DNA of 63,205 bases, filler included, from Rhabdomonas costata (lineage: Eukaryota): NCBI GenBank assembly GCA_019059605.1. It is 44 parts of 44 records of this genome, joined end to end, with 100 filler letters (N's around TTAATTAATTAA, not from the genome) between each part and the next. Parts side by side here need not be neighbours in the genome. Positions count along the whole stretch, not along the records: positions 48,932 to 50,269 come from JAHMHO010018922.1; positions 50,370 to 51,707 come from JAHMHO010018923.1; positions 51,808 to 53,145 come from JAHMHO010018924.1; positions 53,246 to 54,580 come from JAHMHO010018925.1; positions 54,681 to 56,018 come from JAHMHO010018926.1; positions 56,119 to 57,456 come from JAHMHO010018927.1; positions 57,557 to 58,891 come from JAHMHO010018928.1; positions 58,992 to 60,329 come from JAHMHO010018929.1; 36 more parts are not named here. One strand, 5' to 3'. Below the pieces are notes generated by a model. The model did not search any database and was not told where the DNA came from. It was given only the letters and a program-made list of their open reading frames with translations. This document shows, piece by piece, positions 49,621-60,547 of this stretch (within the stretch, counting starts at the first letter, position 1; each line of letters starts with the position of its first letter). The position numbers and the translations under genes were made by a program.

Positions 49621-50369
49621 GTGGGATCGCACATGGAACCGAGAGCCTACGCCCCGCCCCTTCGTGGCGCTCTGCTTGTCGGGTCTGCCGAGGGCTGGGC
49701 GGGCTCCCCAGACTTGCCCACGAACAGCAGCGGCAGCGCCAGCGAGGGGTGGCCCACCACAAACAGCAGCAGCCGTGGCAGCGCCGGTGAGGGCTGGGAG
49801 ACCGAGGCTCGGGGCCCCCTGCTCTTTCCTAGCCTTCGGCCCCAGACACAGCCGCCGCAGTCCTTGTCCTCCTCCACTCAGCAAGGGAGGCCGATGGCGC
49901 CTGCCGCTACTGAATCGCAGGCAGGATGCCATTCCGCCCCCTTTTGAGAGGCTATCGTTCTTTCTGGTTCTTCTGCAGTCGACTTCACGGTGTGTGGGAG
50001 CGTCGTTGCGTCTGCAAGTGCTTCAGAAAGCCAAATATCGCCCAGTACTATCCCATCATATGATCAAATTGTGAACCCCACATAACACCTCTCAGCATTG
50101 TTAGGCAGAGGGGAACCGGCTTCTGCCTTTTTACAAGTAGCTTTTGGCTTCAGCGCCACCAGCCGAACGGTACTGTGTTGCGATACACTGCATAGCACAT
50201 GGGCTGGTTTGTGCCTGCCCATTTGCCCTCCTCAGGGAGCTCCCCGCAGCTCCTCCGGCACTCACCCCCNNNNNNNNNNNNNNNNNNNNNNNNNNNNNNN
50301 NNNNNNNNNNNNNTTAATTAATTAANNNNNNNNNNNNNNNNNNNNNNNNNNNNNNNNNNNNNNNNNNNN

Positions 50370-51510
50370 GTGGGGTGGTGGAGAGCCGGGAGCTCTTCGA
50401 GGTGATGCTGGAGCGGCGCACCCTGACGGAGCGCATCGCCGCGGATGTCGCGCGGCAGCTGTTTGAGGCCCTGGTGTACCTGCACAACCTGGACATCATC
50501 CACAGGGACCTCAAGCTGGAGAACGTCCTGGTGAAGGAGGACCCCCAGAACGCCGGCAAGTTCCGCATCAAGGTTGGCGCTCGTTTACTGCTCGTGCTTC
50601 TACCAGGTGAGGCGCACCTCCTATGGTCGCCCGCCGTGCTATAGAAATGTCAAGGGTGATTGTGATGGGGACAAGATTTTACAAAAGAACGTGGGTCTGG
50701 GGACCCGATGATATCACTTGCACAGCTTGCATCATCACATCTTGTGCTATCTGGTGCTGTCAATGAGGCTCGATGTGCGTGGCAAATCGTACCCTTAGAG
50801 CCTGTCCCTCTTGTTGGATCACTGGAGATTGCGATTGTATCAGGGATATTTTGTTGTTGGGTTTTTAGCCGAGGCTTATTTCTCACTCAATGAGCTCCAC
50901 TGTGTTTCCAGATTCGGAGTATTGCTCAAGCTTCGCTGCCTTTGCTGCGGTCACGGAAAGTTGAATTGAAACGCCGGCATAGTGGGTATCCGCTCATCAA
51001 TGGGAGGGCTCCTGATAGGTGGTTGACCTGGGCCTCGCAAAGTTCATCGGCAGCCGCAGGGGTGCGAACTGTCCCTACACTCCCAGCACCTTCGACGAGC
51101 TAAACTACATACACCTTCGCAGGTGCCGTGTTTGTTGTGCAAAGTGGGCCTTGTCATGTGACAAGAAGACCCACCTTCCGTTATAATGATGTACGCGGTG
51201 AACTGGAGAGCGGGCAGGTTAGGGCCTCCTCTGGATGGACGGGAGAGCTGTTGTTAACGTTGTTATAGGGGAAGGTCAACAATCGGTATTTGAGACGTGG
51301 CAACGGGCCGTGTGGCCCCCTCTTCCCATCCGTCGTATGCACCTGCTTTCCCGGCTTTCTGCCTCTCGCAGCCCCGCTGCCAGCTCAATTGCCAGCTCTG
51401 GGCTGGTCACGGATACTCCGGTGGGAACGTTCCGGTTCTGCGACGTCCACGCGCTGCACCCCTTGGGCCGCAACAAGACCCGCCTCTCCACCCGCAGAGA
51501 CATCCGCAAG
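50370..51510 (+). CDS. Ser/Thr protein kinase (CAMK-like) with atypical activation segment; exons ~50370-50572, 51019-51122, 51372-51510
   Basis: ELFE...YLHNLDIIHRDLKLENVLV...IK|VVDLGLAKF...VTDTPVGTFRF. HRDLKxEN is intact; phases 0 and 2 are consistent. Confidence 0.92.
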
Positions 51511-52377
51511 GTCTCCCAGACTCTGAAGAATGGGGTAGAGGGAACTCTCATCAGCACGCATCCACACGTGTACACAGGGGAGAGTAACCATCGTGAAAAC
51601 TGCGCGGGTCAGCTTGCCCCTGATGAGAGGGGTAGAGCCTGTCCGATCCCCCTGAAAAGGACAAGCAGCGCACTCCCTCAGCACACACATCATCGCGACA
51701 CACCACCNNNNNNNNNNNNNNNNNNNNNNNNNNNNNNNNNNNNNNNNNNNNTTAATTAATTAANNNNNNNNNNNNNNNNNNNNNNNNNNNNNNNNNNNNN
51801 NNNNNNNGGGGTGTGGTGCTAGGTTGGCAGGAGCAGTGGTGGGGTTGTTGGCATTCGTTTCCCTTGTGTGAAGCAAGCAGAGCAAGCGAGCAGGCTAACG
51901 TGTCCGTCACTGTCACAGTTTTTTGCCTTGATGCCATGGCCAGAATTTGTGGTTGACCCTTCCCTCCACATATGGCTGGAGTGGAGGAAAGAAAGGTCTG
52001 TTCGCTGCCTGGCCCGGCTACGTTCTTTTGCGTGGTTGTGATCTGAGAGTTGTGCAGAGGTTTGCGCACCAGAGATAAATGGTGATTGTTTACCTGTGCG
52101 AGGTAAGGTTCTCGTGCCCACAAGTAGTATGGTTGTTGAATTTAGCGGAATGCAGGTGGGCACACAGGCAGCACACTCCAGGAGGGTCCGCGGACAGCAG
52201 AGTATTGCATTGCACTGGCCGGCGGTGGCAGGGCCCTCAGCCTTTGCACGCTTCCAGCTGGGTTCGTTTTATAGGCCCATTGTAGCTGAGCCATGTTACT
52301 AATTTTCTCGCGGCCGCTGTTGTTACTGGAGCACGGATAACGCGCAGCTTCAGGTATCACCTTGCTACTATTCACAG

Positions 52378-53044
52378 GGTACCGCGTGGTGTTCTTGCCA
52401 TGTGGGACTGCATTTGAGGGACTTCTGGTGGCGTTTCGGCCGAGCGTTTTTGCTCTGGTGGACATGCAAAAGGTGATCGAGACAGAGGCCCCAGGTTTTC
52501 CATTCGCTATCCCTCCCTATGAATGTTGAAATGGAGTACAGCGAGGTTGCTGATGCAGCAGTTTCCATCGAGTTCGGAAACACTCAGCCGCGCCTGCTAA
52601 TTCGCAGGGCTACCGGAATACTCAAAACAGCTCAGGTGGTGGCCCCTGACACCATGTGCTTGCTTTTGCCTTTTGCCTTCTGCAATCGTCAAGTATCTGG
52701 GATATATCAAGGTGACTACCTTGGCTACCTTGGGGTGGTATTCATCATCATTTGTTTTAGGCAAAAGAAGATCGGTTGCTATCTTGCGGTGGGTGGTTGC
52801 CTTACAGGATGCAAGGACTACCCCTTAGTCACTCCGGTGGTTCAGCTGCGTCACCTGGCTTCTGGGCGAGTGCTTTGGGTGGTCACCGTGTCTCTACGGG
52901 GCGGGCGCCCGGCGGATATTTTCGCGGGTGGGGTGGTGCTGCTGCGGATGGTGGAAAAGCTGGTCCCCGCGGGAGAGGCCCTGGTGGTGGCTGGGGAGCT
53001 CAATGCGGTGCCTCAGGACGAGCTGCTCCGGTTCTGGTGCAGCG
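52378..53044 (+). CDS. CCR4/Angel/nocturnin-like EEP domain with degenerate catalytic motifs; exons ~52378-52472 and 52808-53044 (an intermediate exon is likely)
   Basis: GYRVVFLPCGTAFEGLLVAFRPSVFALV and LRHLASGRVLWVVTVSL...LVVAGELNAVPQDELLRF align with GY..F..R...DG.A.F.R..F, NTHL and VxAGDFNSxP. Confidence 0.65.
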
Positions 53045-54120
53045 GTGCGTGGGCCCCTCCTTGTTCCCTGTGCAGCAGAAAGAAAGGGCAAATGGGCACC
53101 GCTGCAGGGAGGAAGTGCCTGTAGTTGCCCAAGCTAAACACCAACNNNNNNNNNNNNNNNNNNNNNNNNNNNNNNNNNNNNNNNNNNNNTTAATTAATTA
53201 ANNNNNNNNNNNNNNNNNNNNNNNNNNNNNNNNNNNNNNNNNNNNCAGCAGGGCGCCCCTGCCCGACTACAAGGTCCAACCCAAAGTGGGATAGAGAGGG
53301 GTTGGGTTGCTTTCGGGAAGGACCCACCAGTGGTTGCTGGATGCCGATGCCGTGCATAAGTGCTCCTTTCTCTTTTCATGTGCTTTTTATCGTTACCAAA
53401 GGCAAGAACCTGGGTATTCTTGCCGAGGTTATGACCTATTACGTTTTGGTAACTTTTGCTTTTCCTCCTTTTTGTGATTGTGGTGGGGAACCATCTCCGG
53501 AATATAAATGTGGGCTGTTTATTTAGATGAGAAGGTGACAAGAGGAGAGGAATCCCGTGCTGCCTTCAATGGTTACGTCGTGTCTAGATAACCGTTTTTA
53601 TTTTATCCCAATCTTTCTCTTCATTCTTTGGGTGTAATCTGTTTGGTCCATCCGGCAAGATTCCACAGCCGCAACGAAACCCACGGGCACTTCCCCGCCC
53701 TGCTTTGTTCGCGGCGGCGGCTGGCCTTCGCTTCATTCAATCCGTGTTGTTCTACAATCTCCTGGAACCGTTCGTGCAGGGACATGCGTCGCCCTCTAAC
53801 ACCCGTAAAGTCCCCAATTGAAACCCAGTGGACGGGGAAAACAGGGAAGAAGTGGACGGGAATTACAGAAGATGCTTGTGCTCTAACCTCTAACCTGATG
53901 CAGATCCCTTGAACATTGTATCCTGTTATACGAACTGAGGTCGGATAATGAGCGCTGGGCTGGATAGTGATATTCGCCTGTATAGTGAGCATTGGGGGGG
54001 GGGTCACTCAACAGACAGACGGGATCCATCCTCTGCCTGCGGGAAAAGGTAGATGTTTGTCCACTACACCGTTTCTCGGGTGTGTATGTGTGAGAGCTTA
54101 AACTGGCACTGTGCCCACAG

Positions 54121-54261
54121 CCGCTGTCGGACAAGAACCTTCGGGGCTACTTCAAGAGCGAGACGGTGCGTGGGATCCTGCTCCACGCGGGGCTAGTGGA
54201 TCCTGAAGGAAACGTTCTGAACTGCTCGCGCAACAGCAGCGCCATCCGAATCATTGAGCAG
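54121..54261 (+). CDS. ERICH3 N-terminal-like exon (putative ciliary protein)
   Basis: PLSDKNLRGYFKSETVRGILLHAGLVDPEGNV resembles the LxDxHLxxYF...RxxLxxxGLIxxxG motif. 141 nt, CAG/GT, phase 0-0. Confidence 0.6.
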
Positions 54262-54351
54262 GTACCTCTCATCAGTTTCGAGCTGTCCTTTTCACGGAAG
54301 CGAGGATTCTTTCGAATTCTTCTCAGCTCTTCTCTGGCTCTGGCGTTTTTG

Positions 54352-54413
54352 GGGGTGAATTTATCGTCTGTGTATGCATACATTCGTGTGTACACAGACG
54401 ATAAATTCACCCC
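54352..54413. repeat. Intronic perfect 23-bp inverted repeat (hairpin)
   Basis: GGGGTGAATTTATCGTCTGTGTA (54352-54374) and TACACAGACGATAAATTCACCCC (54391-54413). Confidence 0.9.
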
Positions 54414-55695
54414 ATGTATGTGTGTGTCAGGGGTTTGCATCAATTCTCTATGCTGGCAATTTGTCATGGCTGACGGTTTCTCCACACCCGTTTGTTACTC
54501 GCTGTACTGGAGCTTTTGAAGTTGCGAGGCTTTGATCCTTCTTCGGCTCCGGTGTATCGAACCGAAGAATCACAACACCANNNNNNNNNNNNNNNNNNNN
54601 NNNNNNNNNNNNNNNNNNNNNNNNTTAATTAATTAANNNNNNNNNNNNNNNNNNNNNNNNNNNNNNNNNNNNNNNNNNNNGGGTGGGGGTCGGCGGCGAG
54701 CTCGCCCAACATTGGGGCGTGTGCGCCATGGGGAGAGGGCCCGCAGCAGGACGTGGTGATGGCGCTGCCCAGCGCCATGCTCCCGGTGCGTGTCTATGGA
54801 TGAGTCTGGAAAAGGGTGGCAAGAGAGAGGGCTGCTCTTTGCAACCCCTTTTTTTTTATACTCGTCGCCCCCGAGCAGATCCTGCTGCGTGGTGGATTTC
54901 AACAGCTGTCAGCCATTCTCTCTGGTGTTTCTTTTTTGACCTTGGCTTCGTAAAAGAACAGCTAGTTTTAGTTACCAACGGGGGTGTGGGTGCACAACTG
55001 CAACTGGCACTGCTACGTCACCGGACCCTAACAGCACGATTCAGAACAATGCGTGCATGTGTGGATCAACGTCTTTTGTGCGTGCTTTCTGAAATGGTTT
55101 ATCTTCCCTTTGAGACCTCTTGGACGAGTGAGTCAGAAATAACAATGTGGAAGGCCCTAGCGGGGAGAAATTAGTCGCTTCGCGCGGACTTTTGCTCACT
55201 GCATGCGGCTTTTTTCCGCTTCAGTACGACAGGCGTGGGCGAACAATGTTCGATCCAAAGGTACAGATGCACAGACTTGTCAGAACGCTTTTCACAGGTG
55301 GATGGGTAGCGCTGGTGCGGTCGAGCCATCTGCCTGAGGTCATCCGCGGTTAGCAGACCGGCATGCAGGAGTATCGTGTCGTGTTGGCGCTTAAATCAAA
55401 TTACATGACAAAGACGTCTTGTTTGGTCGCTGACTTGGCACTCCTTGCTCATACGTGTATGTATGCTGGGCGTACAGCGACAGACAATATGTCTTGACAA
55501 AACAAGCTGCCCCCACGTCAGGCGCGTTGTGCACCATGGTCGACTGGTCGAGGTAACTGATGATTCTCTACAAGCGGAGCTTCTTGAGTCTGTAGCACTT
55601 GCAACATTTGTCGAGCATTGCATAGGATATGGGCGAACGAACACTTTGGCCATACGTGAATCGAGTATTCATGCGCGTCCGCGGGTGGGTTGCAT

Positions 55696-55839
55696 AGAGT
55701 GACGTACAGGGCGACGTATAGGGGGACACATAGGGCGACGTATATGGCGACGCCTAAGGCTACCTACAGGGCGACACATAGGACGTCGCAGAGGGCGACG
55801 AATAGGGGGACGCAAACGGCGACGTACCGGGCGACGTAA
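55696..55839. repeat. 12-bp minisatellite, 12 degenerate units (consensus AGGGCGACGTAT)
   Basis: Exact 12-nt phase is kept through 144 bp. Confidence 0.9.
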
Positions 55840-55860
55840 GGCGATGTTTTGGGCGTACAC

Positions 55861-56005
55861 CTTCCCATTGGTAGGCCAATGGATTTGCTCGCCACGCCGT
55901 TACAGCCCGCATACTCAGAGACGTTGTGGTACTGTATGTCGAACCCTGTGCTGCACGAAACTGGATGAAGCTCGTGGCCCCGCGCATTGACGGGGACGAT
56001 CACTT
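55861..56005 (-). CDS. Hypothetical protein exon
   Basis: IVPVNARGHELHPVSCSTGFDIQYHNVSEYAGCNG... ends at an AG|GTGTAC donor; coding-like codon use. Confidence 0.4.
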
Positions 56006-57907
56006 TTCACAACCACACNNNNNNNNNNNNNNNNNNNNNNNNNNNNNNNNNNNNNNNNNNNNTTAATTAATTAANNNNNNNNNNNNNNNNNNNNNNNNNN
56101 NNNNNNNNNNNNNNNNNNTCTACGGTACCGTAGGTATTTTTTAGGGGGGGGAATATTCGGATGCGTAACAAGCGAAAAACCTTCCCCTGTGGCGCAGGCC
56201 AAAATGTGGCGCCTGACATCATGGAATAAAACTGAAATCTTAGCTAAATGTTTGCGCCTGCGGCGCGAAAACGCTGCCATTTTGTTCAGATGCACATCAA
56301 ATGGCAGGGGTGCATCACTCGACCTTATAATCGCCATGCTGAAGACGATGGCATTTGTCAAGCGTCTGACGATCCTAGGTTGAATGCGTCGCACACACGT
56401 TCCTGCCATGTAGCTATCATCTAACCTCGAGAGCAGGAGACCACAGCTCTTCTTTGCAGTGCTAAGAGAAGAATCGCACACCCATGAAACTAACGAACTC
56501 AGCCGCCCGCTCTGACCGCGCCGCGGAGCCGCGGACAGTCCTCCGCCAAAAAACAATATAATCCATGCTACTCGTCCGCCAAAGCCCAGCACTCACAAAA
56601 TTCCATCGGCACTCAAGCGTCAGAAAAAGCTCCTAAACTTGTAATGCCCCGTCCCTACCCCCAAATACAATTGTCCCATCACTTGTTGACAAGGGCAACC
56701 CACCGACTCTCCCAAGCAAAAAAAGTTAACACAAGAAAAGCCTCAGTGCCGCAAAATCGATCCACAAGGGTGGACTCAGCGGCTCCGATGCACAAAATAG
56801 AGCTGCAAACAGATAAATCATCCTAACGCGCTCAGACCCTGCAAGACACACACTTGCAGGGATTGCGGTGCTGGGGCTGGGGGTGCCGAGGTGCGTGGGG
56901 ATTCGGCCTTCGGGGATCGCATCGCCGCCGGCGCTGCGGCCGGCGCACACTCCCGCATCCTGCAGCCTGGTATGACGGCGGACCTCGCGGCCTGACCAGT
57001 CACGGGCGAGGCCGCGGCACGTGCTGGAGTCGCCTTGAAAATAAAAACCCCCATCCGCAAAATACGCACGAGCACTTCAAGGTTTTACATGTTACGGTGG
57101 TACGACACGGGGGAAAAACTGCGAAATGGGTTCGCGTACACTACCCTGCCCTGCCCTCCCTTCTCTGCCTTCTCTGCGGGCACGTCGCTGGCATTTCCTA
57201 GAACCAACATTGCCTTCAATCAGGAGCAGGGTGGGGGTCGGGATCACCCGCCATCCCCCATATCCAAAACTTCAGAAAAAACCACACTAAAAACTACATT
57301 AAAACTTCAGAAAAAACTACGACTACAGAATCGAAAGGGGAAATACTACGCGAAAACAACAGCGAAGGTCCCCAACACAGGAAAAAACCGGTATATCAGA
57401 AAAGTGATCCCAGAGCTTTGTTACACGTTGGGGCTAGAGACATAATATGACCAAATNNNNNNNNNNNNNNNNNNNNNNNNNNNNNNNNNNNNNNNNNNNN
57501 TTAATTAATTAANNNNNNNNNNNNNNNNNNNNNNNNNNNNNNNNNNNNNNNNNNNNTTTTGGGGGGGGAGGAGCGGGGGAAGGAGCAGAAGATGGACAGG
57601 CAGAGAGCATGAAGGAGTGGTGAAGAACAGGGAAAGGCCAAAGTGGGGGAGAACAGCGAAAGGCCATCCACTGAGAGCTAAGAAGAAGTTGGAGGGAAGA
57701 GCGGAGATTGCCAGGTGAGAGAGAGTCTGCGCAAATCGGTCAGGAGACTGAACACCCGCGTTCACATTAGTTCGCCAAGCCAAAGAATGGATGTCTGTGG
57801 TATGAGTTCTGATTTAGGGCTCAAGATGAAGTCGGCAGTTGTGGCAGTTGTGAGAGTGTGGAATGCGAACAGTTCAAGTGTACACCATCACCTTTTAAAA
57901 GACGACA

Positions 57908-57948
57908 ACTCTGCACTGGCACTGTGGAGCACGGTGCCAGTGCAGAGT
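57908..57948. repeat. 19-bp hairpin with 3-nt loop (one T:G mismatch)
   Basis: ACTCTGCACTGGCACTGTG-GAG-CACGGTGCCAGTGCAGAGT. Confidence 0.9.
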
Positions 57949-58169
57949 GTGGCTATGCGGCAGAGGTAGGGAGGAGGCTGGTGTTCCACAATGTCTTATG
58001 CTGACATCACACGGTGTGGCGTCCACTGATACTTTTTATGAAAAGAGGGGGCAGTTTTTGGTTGGTTTAAGTTTGTGTAACAGGCTTTCGTGAGATTCCA
58101 GTCTTGTCACAAAGGATGCGTCTTTGCCATTTGCTCGACAACTGAAAGTTCTGCGTTGCCTTTTTTCAG

Positions 58170-58556
58170 CGCTTCCCCCGAGAATCAAAGGTTCTGGAAG
58201 GGAAGACTTGATTACTTTTCTGCGAAACAACCAAGCGGCTATTGAGTACATTCGGGTGCGCTCCTGTCGTCTCTCCTGGTTCCCCTTTATATATTTTTTG
58301 CTTTCTTCTTGTTTTCTTCGCTTGCCCCACCCCCCTTTCAGGAAAAGAACAAGACACCTGTGAAAGGCTACAAGCATTATGCTGCTAAAACCGTCGAAAA
58401 TGCAGCTAAGTTTCGTGGATGGGTGGCAACCAGGGCGAGCCGAATTTATCAGACTGACTGGGCGTCTTGGGCCAAGGAGACCTTCCGCTTCAGTACTCCT
58501 GAGGAGAAAGCTGCAAAGAAAGCCAAAAAGGAGGCCAACAGAATAGAATCCAGCAA
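58170..58556 (+). CDS. Hypothetical protein, exons 58170-58255 and 58342-~58556
   Basis: TTTCAG acceptors, GTGCGC donor, phase-0 join AIEYIR|EKNKTPVKG. Confidence 0.6.
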
Positions 58557-59413
58557 GTTGTTCTTTCTTGCTTTGCGGCTGCGTGTGCATTTTTGTAAAG
58601 CGTTTTTGCCTTTCGGATGAACATCTTAATTTCAGCCAAATTGTCCGTCTGCAGTCAGATTCCAGACAAATTTTTGTCTCTGGCCGCCAAAACAACGCTT
58701 GTTTTCTATCCCCAGCAGATCCCCAGGCAGCGTTCTCCACGGATTTGATGATGAACTCACAGCAGGCACGGGAAGTGGGCTCATTCACCTAGCCGCCAGA
58801 ACCAATTGGAATCAACTGAATAAATTGCAACATGTGTGTTTTTGTCAGCGTTTCGCTTTGAAATCTGGTCAAAATGTTTTCGCAATTCGAANNNNNNNNN
58901 NNNNNNNNNNNNNNNNNNNNNNNNNNNNNNNNNNNTTAATTAATTAANNNNNNNNNNNNNNNNNNNNNNNNNNNNNNNNNNNNNNNNNNNNTGTGGTTGT
59001 TTTTGTGGATCTCATTCGATGCGTGTTTGTCTGTCGGTTCAGTGACGTGGTTTCGGGGTTCGACCGCAGGCTGCAACGCTGTGGGTAATGCGCGGGGGCC
59101 TGCGACGATGATATTGCAGGGGTCTTCTCCATTGCATTCTATCGCTTGAGTTTCGAGCGCTTCGAACTTTTCACGTAGTTGCATATGCATTCGCTACGCA
59201 GACTGTTGTAATTTTATTGCTGGCTTGGTTCAAGGATCCAGCTGCAACGTGAGGAAAAGGAAAGGGTTGCGCGAGTGCCAGGAATCGAAAAGGCCTGCGT
59301 GTGCCGCGAATCGAAACATGCGAAGCAACGGCGTTTCTAAGCGTTTATCAAAGGGTGCAACCACCCCGCCTGGATTATTGCTCGCAGAAGACTGCTCATC
59401 AAAGCTTGTTCAG

Positions 59414-60300
59414 CTCAGAGACGCCTACAATGCGCTGTCCTCCTACGTGCCTCACCCCTACCACCAGGGTACGCGCAGCGTTGGTTGTAGTTTTGCGCGG
59501 AGAGCGGTCACGAGCGCCGGAAAAGACCGCCACACGCCACAGCACAGTATGCTGCAGGTTGCTCCACATAGCGCAAACTGTTACAACGCTGTTTCCATTG
59601 TGTTCTCTTTTGTGCATTGTGTGGGCAGCTTAGAAAAATGCTCCGAACTTTCGAGATGGGTCAGGATCAGGTTTCGTTTTAGGACTTGGAAGGATCCGGA
59701 AAGAAATGAAGGACTGATAGCGACTCTTCCTTTTATGACAGTGTTGAATGTCCCGCGGAATGCGGGAACAAGAGAGCTGAGGAAGGCCTTTGAGGTGGCC
59801 AAGGCCAAGGCGGAGAGGGGCGAGTCTACCTACGAGCTGGTGTGCATATGCACATGTTTTATTACATGAAGTGTGCTCGGAGGGAACAGGGAACAGGGAT
59901 TCTTCTCACTTTTCTTCACTAGTCTTTGAGAATGCAGGGTCTTCTGACTCCATCAATGGGTCAGTTTTATGTTTCTGAATCATTGGTATCGTAGTTGTAG
60001 TCATCGGCACAGTCACACCATGCCCCATGCTATTTTACTTGTCCCCACACTTAGCTTTCTTCTGAGTATTCCTGCTTTCGGAGCGAAGTGACCCATAAAG
60101 TGAAGTTGCCTTGTGCTGGTCGTCACTTCCACTTCCACCTCATGAGGGTACGTCAGTCTTTGGAATAAGTCCAGCGGAGGGGAAAAGGATGCGTCCTATT
60201 CTACCGCCTCCCAGCCCGAGATCAAGGAAGCCTACGACATCATGTCCCACCCGGCGGCTCGGGATTACTACAACCTGTACGAGACCAAGCCCCCCGCGAT
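59414..60300 (+). CDS. J-like (DnaJ type IV) domain protein lacking HPD; exons 59414-59468, 59742-59839, 60215-~60300
   Basis: Spliced HPYHQVLNVPRNAGTRELRKAFEVAKAKAERGESTYEL|PEIKEAYDIMSHPAARDYYNLY matches the J-domain helices (YxVLxVxxxA...IKxAY...IxEAYxxLSxPxxRxxYD). Confidence 0.75.
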
Positions 60301-60547
60301 GATTAAACACCACCACAAACACACAACACNNNNNNNNNNNNNNNNNNNNNNNNNNNNNNNNNNNNNNNNNNNNTTAATTAATTAANNNNNNNNNNNNNNN
60401 NNNNNNNNNNNNNNNNNNNNNNNNNNNNNGTGTGGTGGGGGTCTGCCCAAGTGGTGCTGGGTGACCAAACCGATCAAAAGTGTTGGTGAAGGTGCAGGCA
60501 AGGTCGTGAGGCGGAGAGCGCGGTTAACAGCGGTCACCTTAAACTAC

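Noticed and set aside
49284-49762. Lys/Arg-rich and Phe/Leu/Pro-rich ORFs
   Set aside because: They are by-products of translating the polypyrimidine/polypurine tract.
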